64,000 nt of DNA from Clostridia bacterium. GTDB lineage: Bacteria; Bacillota; Clostridia; Lachnospirales; JAOARL01. Below are positions 58,523 to 64,000 of the stretch, in pieces; positions within the stretch are counted from its first letter, which is position 1, and each line of letters opens with the position of its first letter. The notes below the pieces were generated by a model, which worked only from the letters and a program-made list of their open reading frames with translations, had not been told where the DNA came from and made no database searches. Both the position numbers and the translations under genes were made by a program. The stretch lies in NCBI GenBank assembly GCA_025210555.1, contig JAOARL010000033.1:27720-91719 (forward strand), written 5' to 3'.

Positions 58523-59047
58523 TTAATTTGCAACTTTTACCATTGCATATCTAATTACTCTTTCTTTATATATATATCCTTTTTGCATAACATCTACTAT
58601 TGCACTTTCTCCATATTCATCATCTTCAACATGCATAACTGCATTATGCATTTCTGGATCAAATGCTTCAGTAGGTGTTTCACTTACTCCTAATTTTTCA
58701 AGTGAATCTTTAAACTGTTTATAAACCATCTCTATACCTTTTCTAAGATCATCACTATCAGATTCTGTGTTAAGTGCTCTTTCTAAATTATCAAGAACTG
58801 GAAGCATTTCATTTATTGTTTCCATAACGCCATTTTCATATATTCTGGTAGTCTCCTTTTCAGTTCTTTTTCTATAATTATCAAACTCTGCCATTGTTCT
58901 TTGAAGTCTATCTAAATACTCGGCAGCTTTTTTGCTATCTTCACTTTCTTCTTTTATTTCTTCTTCAATTACAGCTTCTTTTATTTCTTTTTCCATTTCT
59001 TTTTCTAAAGATGCTTCTTTTTTCTTTTTTTCATCTTTTTTACTCAT
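58523..59047 (-). CDS. grpE: Nucleotide exchange factor GrpE
   Basis: [28 protein letters not shown]. Confidence 0.96.
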   Translation of the reverse strand: MSKKDEKKKKEASLEKEMEKEIKEAVIEEEIKEESEDSKKAAEYLDRLQRTMAEFDNYRKRTEKETTRIYENGVMETINEMLPVLDNLERALNTESDSDDLRKGIEMVYKQFKDSLEKLGVSETPTEAFDPEMHNAVMHVEDDEYGESAIVDVMQKGYIYKERVIRYAMVKVAN

Positions 59048-60095
59048 ATTTTACCTCCATAAGTCTTTTCATCATACCGCTCATATTTTGAGAGATAAAC
59101 GCTAAAATTGATATTATCTGTGAATAATCCATTCTAGTTGGACCAAGTATTGCTACTGTTCCAATTATTTCGCCATTCATCGTATAATTAGCAGTTATAA
59201 GACTACAATCTTTTATTTCATCAATTTTATTTTCTGTTCCTATCACAACACCAATACCTGGTCTTTGATTTTTATCTAGAACTTCTTTCATTTTATCTTT
59301 TTCTTCCAAAATTTTAAGTACTGTCTTAGCCTTTAGCACATCTTTATATTCTGGAAGTTCAAAAACTTTATTTGCACCAGTTACAAATATTTCAGATTCA
59401 TCTTTTGTTTCAACCATTTTTGCAATAAGTTCTAAAACAACTTCAAGCATCCCTTTATAATTACCCATAAGTTTTTTTAGTGTTTGTATTAAGGGATAAT
59501 TAATATCTCTTATCATAAGACCTTTTAAATGATCATTAAGCATCTCAGATATTTTTTTAATTTCTTCCTTATCTATTTCTAATGCTGTATTTATAGAATA
59601 TGTCTTTACCATATTCTTATCATTTACAAGCATTAGAACTACCATATTCTTATCAACTGGTATAAGCTCAAGATGTTTAATTTTATTATCCTTTTTAGGT
59701 GTTGATACAATTACCGGATAATTAGTTATACTTGAAACTAATTTACCTATTTCTTGTATTAAATAATTGCTTTTCTTATTTTCTTTTAAAGCACTACTTT
59801 TAATATGTTCTATTTTAGATATAATACTCTCTCTTAAATCGTTTAAGTTATCATAACTAAGCATATTATCAACATAAAGCCTATAAGCTAATTCAGAAGG
59901 TATTCTTCCTGCGGAAGTATGTGGCTGAAGAAGTAATCCTAACTCTTCAAGATCTGCCATTTCATTCCTTATAGTAGCTGGCGATACTCCAAGATCATAT
60001 TTTTTTGAAATAGTTCTTGAACCAACTGGTTCAGCTGTTTCAATATAATCTTTTACAATAGCCTCTAAAATCCTAAACTTTCTTTCGTTTAGCAT
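59040..60095 (-). CDS. hrcA: Heat-inducible repressor HrcA
   Basis: EPVGSRTI, SPATIRNEMADLE, PHTSAGRIP, GPTRMDY; start reassigned to ATG 60095. Confidence 0.97.
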   Translation of the reverse strand: MLNERKFRILEAIVKDYIETAEPVGSRTISKKYDLGVSPATIRNEMADLEELGLLLQPHTSAGRIPSELAYRLYVDNMLSYDNLNDLRESIISKIEHIKSSALKENKKSNYLIQEIGKLVSSITNYPVIVSTPKKDNKIKHLELIPVDKNMVVLMLVNDKNMVKTYSINTALEIDKEEIKKISEMLNDHLKGLMIRDINYPLIQTLKKLMGNYKGMLEVVLELIAKMVETKDESEIFVTGANKVFELPEYKDVLKAKTVLKILEEKDKMKEVLDKNQRPGIGVVIGTENKIDEIKDCSLITANYTMNGEIIGTVAILGPTRMDYSQIISILAFISQNMSGMMKRLMEVKYE

Positions 60096-60118
60096 AATAT
60101 CACTTCCATCTTTTTCTG

Positions 60119-60145
60119 TTAGCACTCATCTCTAAGGAGTGCTAA
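60119..60145. promoter_or_regulatory. CIRCE element
   Basis: Perfect TTAGCACTC-N9-GAGTGCTAA. Confidence 0.97.
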
Positions 60146-60155
60146 TCACATATAT

Positions 60156-60184
60156 AATATATCACCTCACTTTTATTTTGTCAA
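60156..60184 (-). promoter_or_regulatory. sigmaA promoter of hrcA operon
   Basis: TTGACA-N17-TATATT upstream of CIRCE. Confidence 0.75.
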
Positions 60185-60219
60185 CTCTTCTAGTATACTT
60201 TTATTAAAGGAGTGATCTT

Positions 60220-60660
60220 ATGAAATATTTTTCTACTATATTAATAGCTTATTTATTTTCCAGCTTAACCGAATATCTTTTGCATAGATTTTGGTTACAT
60301 AACAACATTGAACACCATCACACTCAAAAACACCACATGGACTTTGGTATAACTTATAAAATACGAGACTCAAAAATAAGCGATATAAAATCTAGCAACT
60401 TATATATCTTAATTTCTATTTTATTTAGCTGTACTCCTATCTTACTAATTGAAGTAAAGTTATTATATGCGCTAACATGTACTACTTATTTCATATTTAT
60501 GGAAACAATCCATGTAGTATTTCATAAATATAATTCAACAAACATTGCCTTTATTACAACTCTAGAAAAGCATCATAGAGTTCATCATAAGAATATGTAT
60601 GTGAATTTTGGAATAGGTTCTTACCTTTGGGATATAATTTTAAGAACACATAAAAAATAG
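60220..60660 (+). CDS. Fatty acid hydroxylase / sterol desaturase family membrane protein (minimal)
   Basis: His boxes EYLLHRFWLH, HHHTQKHH, HVVFH, HHRVHH then NFGIGSYLWD; AAAGGAG RBS. Confidence 0.8.
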   Translation: MKYFSTILIAYLFSSLTEYLLHRFWLHNNIEHHHTQKHHMDFGITYKIRDSKISDIKSSNLYILISILFSCTPILLIEVKLLYALTCTTYFIFMETIHVVFHKYNSTNIAFITTLEKHHRVHHKNMYVNFGIGSYLWDIILRTHKK

Positions 60661-60686
60661 TGTATCTACTATAGATACACTATTTT
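60654..60686. terminator. Bidirectional terminator between convergent hydroxylase gene and gmk
   Basis: AAAATAGTGTATCTA-CTA-TAGATACACTATTTT. Confidence 0.8.
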
Positions 60687-60687
60687 A

Positions 60688-61305
60688 TTAAGCATTTATT
60701 TCATTTCTAATTATCTTTTCTAAATCTGTCACTGCTTTTTCTAAATCATCATTTATAACAACATAGTCATAATTACTTTCTTTAGAGAGCTCATAATCAA
60801 CTCTAGACAGTCTATTCTCAATTTGTTCTTCATCTTCTCCATGTCTATCAACTATTCTTTGCCTAAGCACTTCTTTTGTTGAAGTTTTGATGAATATAAG
60901 AATTGCCTTTTCCTTAAAATGCTCTTTATATTTTTCTGCTCCATTTACATCTATATCTTTAATAACATCATATCCATTTTCAACGGCATATTCATATGTT
61001 TTTTGGTGCGTTCCATAATAAACACCCTTATGAACATTTTCATATTCAAACATTTCATTATTATTCACTAGTTTCATAAATTCTTCTTCACTCATAAATA
61101 TATATGGATTACCTTGTGATTCTCCATCTCTCATTCCTCTTGTAACAAAAGATGGTATAAGTGTAAGTCCCATATCATCTTTTAAAACTCTATTTATAAG
61201 GGTATTTTTTCCACACGCTGTTGTTCCTGATATTATGAAAAGTTTTCCATTACGATTTCTTTTCTTTTCTTCATTAAACGTTACTAATAATTCACTAGAT
61301 GTCAT
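60688..61305 (-). CDS. gmk: Guanylate kinase
   Basis: ISGTTACGKNT P-loop variant, TRGMRDGE, YYGT, DIDVNGA, YDYVVINDDL. Confidence 0.88.
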   Translation of the reverse strand: MTSSELLVTFNEEKKRNRNGKLFIISGTTACGKNTLINRVLKDDMGLTLIPSFVTRGMRDGESQGNPYIFMSEEEFMKLVNNNEMFEYENVHKGVYYGTHQKTYEYAVENGYDVIKDIDVNGAEKYKEHFKEKAILIFIKTSTKEVLRQRIVDRHGEDEEQIENRLSRVDYELSKESNYDYVVINDDLEKAVTDLEKIIRNEINA

Positions 61306-61309
61306 ATTC

Positions 61310-63706
61310 TTAGCCTCTCATTTCTGCGTTTACATTCGCTTTAAGTTCAGTTATTATTTTATCCATTGCTTTATTAACTTCTTCATCTGTAAGAGTTCTA
61401 TCTGCTGATCTAAATACAAAATTGTACGCTACAGACTTCTTACCTTCTTCAATTTGCTCTCCCTTATAGATATCAAACAAGCTATATTCCTCCATAAACC
61501 CTGGATTATTTCTTCTTATAATTTTTTCAATATCTCCAACAAGTATTTCATCTTTAACAAGGAATGCTAAATCTCTATTCATTGCTGGATATTTTGGAAG
61601 TGGCTTTAATTTAAATTTCTTAACTTTAAAATCAATTAATTTGTCCAAATTAAGTTCTGCATAATAAACCTTTTCCTTTATATCATAATTATCTAATACT
61701 AACGGATGAACTTCTCCTATATGACCAATTTCTTGATTTCTTGATATTATAGCTGCTGTTCTACCTGGATGCATATAGTCAATAGAAGTCTTAGCTTCAA
61801 AATCATATTTTATATTAAGTCCTTCTAAAAGTGTTTCTATTGTACCTTTAAGATCATAATAATCCATATCTCCATATGCTCCTATTGATAAATGCTTATC
61901 TTCATTTGGAAGTTCACTACATTTAACATCTTCACAAACTGGATTATATACTTTTGCTACTTCAAACATTCTTACATTTTTATTTCTTTGATTATAATTT
62001 TTCGAAAGCACTGTAAGCATACCGTTTGCTAATTGTCTTCTCATTAAACTATAATCTTCCCCAAGTGGATTTGTTACTTCTATAACTTTTCTTAGATCAT
62101 TAGTTTCTACCATGTTTAGTTTTTCAAATGACTTTGGACTTTCAAAAGAATAAGTTCTAACTTCACTATATCCATATCCTAAAACCTTATTTACTATTTC
62201 ATCTTGTACCTTTTGCTCAGCAGTCTTAATTCCCATAGTAACATTCCCTGATGGCAATGTTTCTTTAAGCTTATCAAAACCATAAATTCTTATGATTTCT
62301 TCTGCTAAATCTTCTTGTATAGAAATATCGTCTCTATGAGTTGGTATTTCTACTATTTGATCTCTAGCATTTACAATAAATCCTAATTTTTCAAATATTT
62401 CTATCATAGTATCTTCTGATATTTCAATTCCTAAAAGCTTACAAATTCTATTTGGAGCATAAACCATTTTAACTGGTTTTCTAACTACATCATAACTATC
62501 AACTAAACCTTTAGCTACTTTTCCTGATGCATACATTTCAATAAGCATAGCGGCTCTATCTGCAGCAAAAGAAGCTAAGTTTGGATCTATTCCTTTTTCA
62601 TAATGAGCTGATGCATCTGTTCTAAGACCTAACTTTTTACTACTAACTCTTATATTCGTAGCATCAAAGTTTGCAACTTCTAAAAGCACAGTCTTTGTAT
62701 TATCATCTATCTTAGTTGAGTTTCCACCCATAATTCCTGCTATAGCTAGAGCTTTATTTTTATCTGCAATAACAAGCATAGAATCATCTAATTCTCTTAC
62801 TTCTTCATCAAGTGTAGTTATCACTTCTCCATTTTCTGCATTTCTTATAATAATTTCATGGTCCTCAACCTTATCTAAATCAAATGCATGCATTGGCTGT
62901 CCTAATTCAAATGCCATTAAATTAGTAATGTCAACTACGTTATTCTTTGGATTAATCCCTATTGATAATAAAGCTTTCTTGATCCAGTCTGGCGACTCTC
63001 CAATCTTTACATCTTGAATAATTCTAGCTGAATATCTACTACATTTATCTGTAGCTTTATTATTTATCTTAAGATAGTCTTCCGCTATTTCAGCAGTTTC
63101 ATTAACATCTGCTTCTGGCATCTTAAGTTCTTTTCCTAATACAGCTGCAACTTCTCTTGCAATACCTACTATACTATTACAGTCTCCTCTGTTACTAGTA
63201 AGTTCAAACTCAAGAATGACTTCATCAAGTCCAAATATAGGTTTAACATCCTCACCCAAATCATATTTTTTATTAAATACATATATCCCATCTTCCACAG
63301 CGTCAGGATATTCCTCTCTAGTAAATCCTAATTCTTCTATAGAACACATCATTCCGTTTGATTCCAAACCTCTAAGTTCACCTTTTTTTATTATAAGTCC
63401 ACCTGGAAGTTTAGCTCCATGAAGTGCCACTGGAACGTAATCTCCTTCAACTAAATTTGTAGCTCCTGTACATATTTGTATATTTTCTTCTTTACCAACA
63501 TTAACTTGGCACACTACTAACTTGTCAGCATTAGGATGTTTTTTAATTTCAACAACTTTTCCTACTACTACATTTTCAACATCTTTTCCCTTTTCATCAA
63601 TAGTCTCAACAGCAGATCCTGATAAAGTCATTTTATCAGCTAACTCCTTTGGTTCTATTCCTTCTATATCAACATAATCGTTTAACCATGATAATGGTAC
63701 TAACAT
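61310..63706 (-). CDS. pheT: Phenylalanyl-tRNA synthetase beta subunit
   Basis: HPNADKL tRNA-binding domain, DLAEEIIRIYG, C-terminal FDX-ACB. Confidence 0.97.
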   Translation of the reverse strand: MLVPLSWLNDYVDIEGIEPKELADKMTLSGSAVETIDEKGKDVENVVVGKVVEIKKHPNADKLVVCQVNVGKEENIQICTGATNLVEGDYVPVALHGAKLPGGLIIKKGELRGLESNGMMCSIEELGFTREEYPDAVEDGIYVFNKKYDLGEDVKPIFGLDEVILEFELTSNRGDCNSIVGIAREVAAVLGKELKMPEADVNETAEIAEDYLKINNKATDKCSRYSARIIQDVKIGESPDWIKKALLSIGINPKNNVVDITNLMAFELGQPMHAFDLDKVEDHEIIIRNAENGEVITTLDEEVRELDDSMLVIADKNKALAIAGIMGGNSTKIDDNTKTVLLEVANFDATNIRVSSKKLGLRTDASAHYEKGIDPNLASFAADRAAMLIEMYASGKVAKGLVDSYDVVRKPVKMVYAPNRICKLLGIEISEDTMIEIFEKLGFIVNARDQIVEIPTHRDDISIQEDLAEEIIRIYGFDKLKETLPSGNVTMGIKTAEQKVQDEIVNKVLGYGYSEVRTYSFESPKSFEKLNMVETNDLRKVIEVTNPLGEDYSLMRRQLANGMLTVLSKNYNQRNKNVRMFEVAKVYNPVCEDVKCSELPNEDKHLSIGAYGDMDYYDLKGTIETLLEGLNIKYDFEAKTSIDYMHPGRTAAIISRNQEIGHIGEVHPLVLDNYDIKEKVYYAELNLDKLIDFKVKKFKLKPLPKYPAMNRDLAFLVKDEILVGDIEKIIRRNNPGFMEEYSLFDIYKGEQIEEGKKSVAYNFVFRSADRTLTDEEVNKAMDKIITELKANVNAEMRG

Positions 63707-63720
63707 ATAATTTCCTCCTT

Positions 63721-64000
<280 letters not shown>

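Overview
Low-GC Firmicutes chromosomal window (Clostridia-like; exact lineage not determinable here). Almost every gene is on the minus strand. In transcription order (right to left): pheS(partial)-pheT-gmk; a lone plus-strand fatty-acid-hydroxylase-family gene; the CIRCE-controlled hrcA-grpE-dnaK-dnaJ operon; prmA-rsmE-orphan cheY-MurJ/SpoVB-like flippase; an FAD oxidoreductase; an SLH protein with about 8 increasingly acidic repeats; an ArsR-like regulator with twin palindromic operators; an nrdR-nrdD-nrdG operon with two NrdR boxes; dprA-topA-codY; an orphan gene; a ~33 kb fla/che cluster (flgB to sigD, fapA, swrB-like); and two tandem large secreted FN3-type proteins, the second running off the left edge and absent from the ORF track. 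I saw no tRNA/rRNA, CRISPR array, IS element or prophage. Most unusual points: (1) the secreted proteins have unrelated heads but share a 103-aa module and an upstream motif, and one has WapA-like wall-binding repeats without an RHS core; (2) a HAD phosphatase plus membrane-protein pair sits between flhB and flhA; (3) the fla/che cluster appears cut into sub-units by internal terminators and sigmaA/sigmaD promoters. All family calls come from motif recognition by eye, not database searches.
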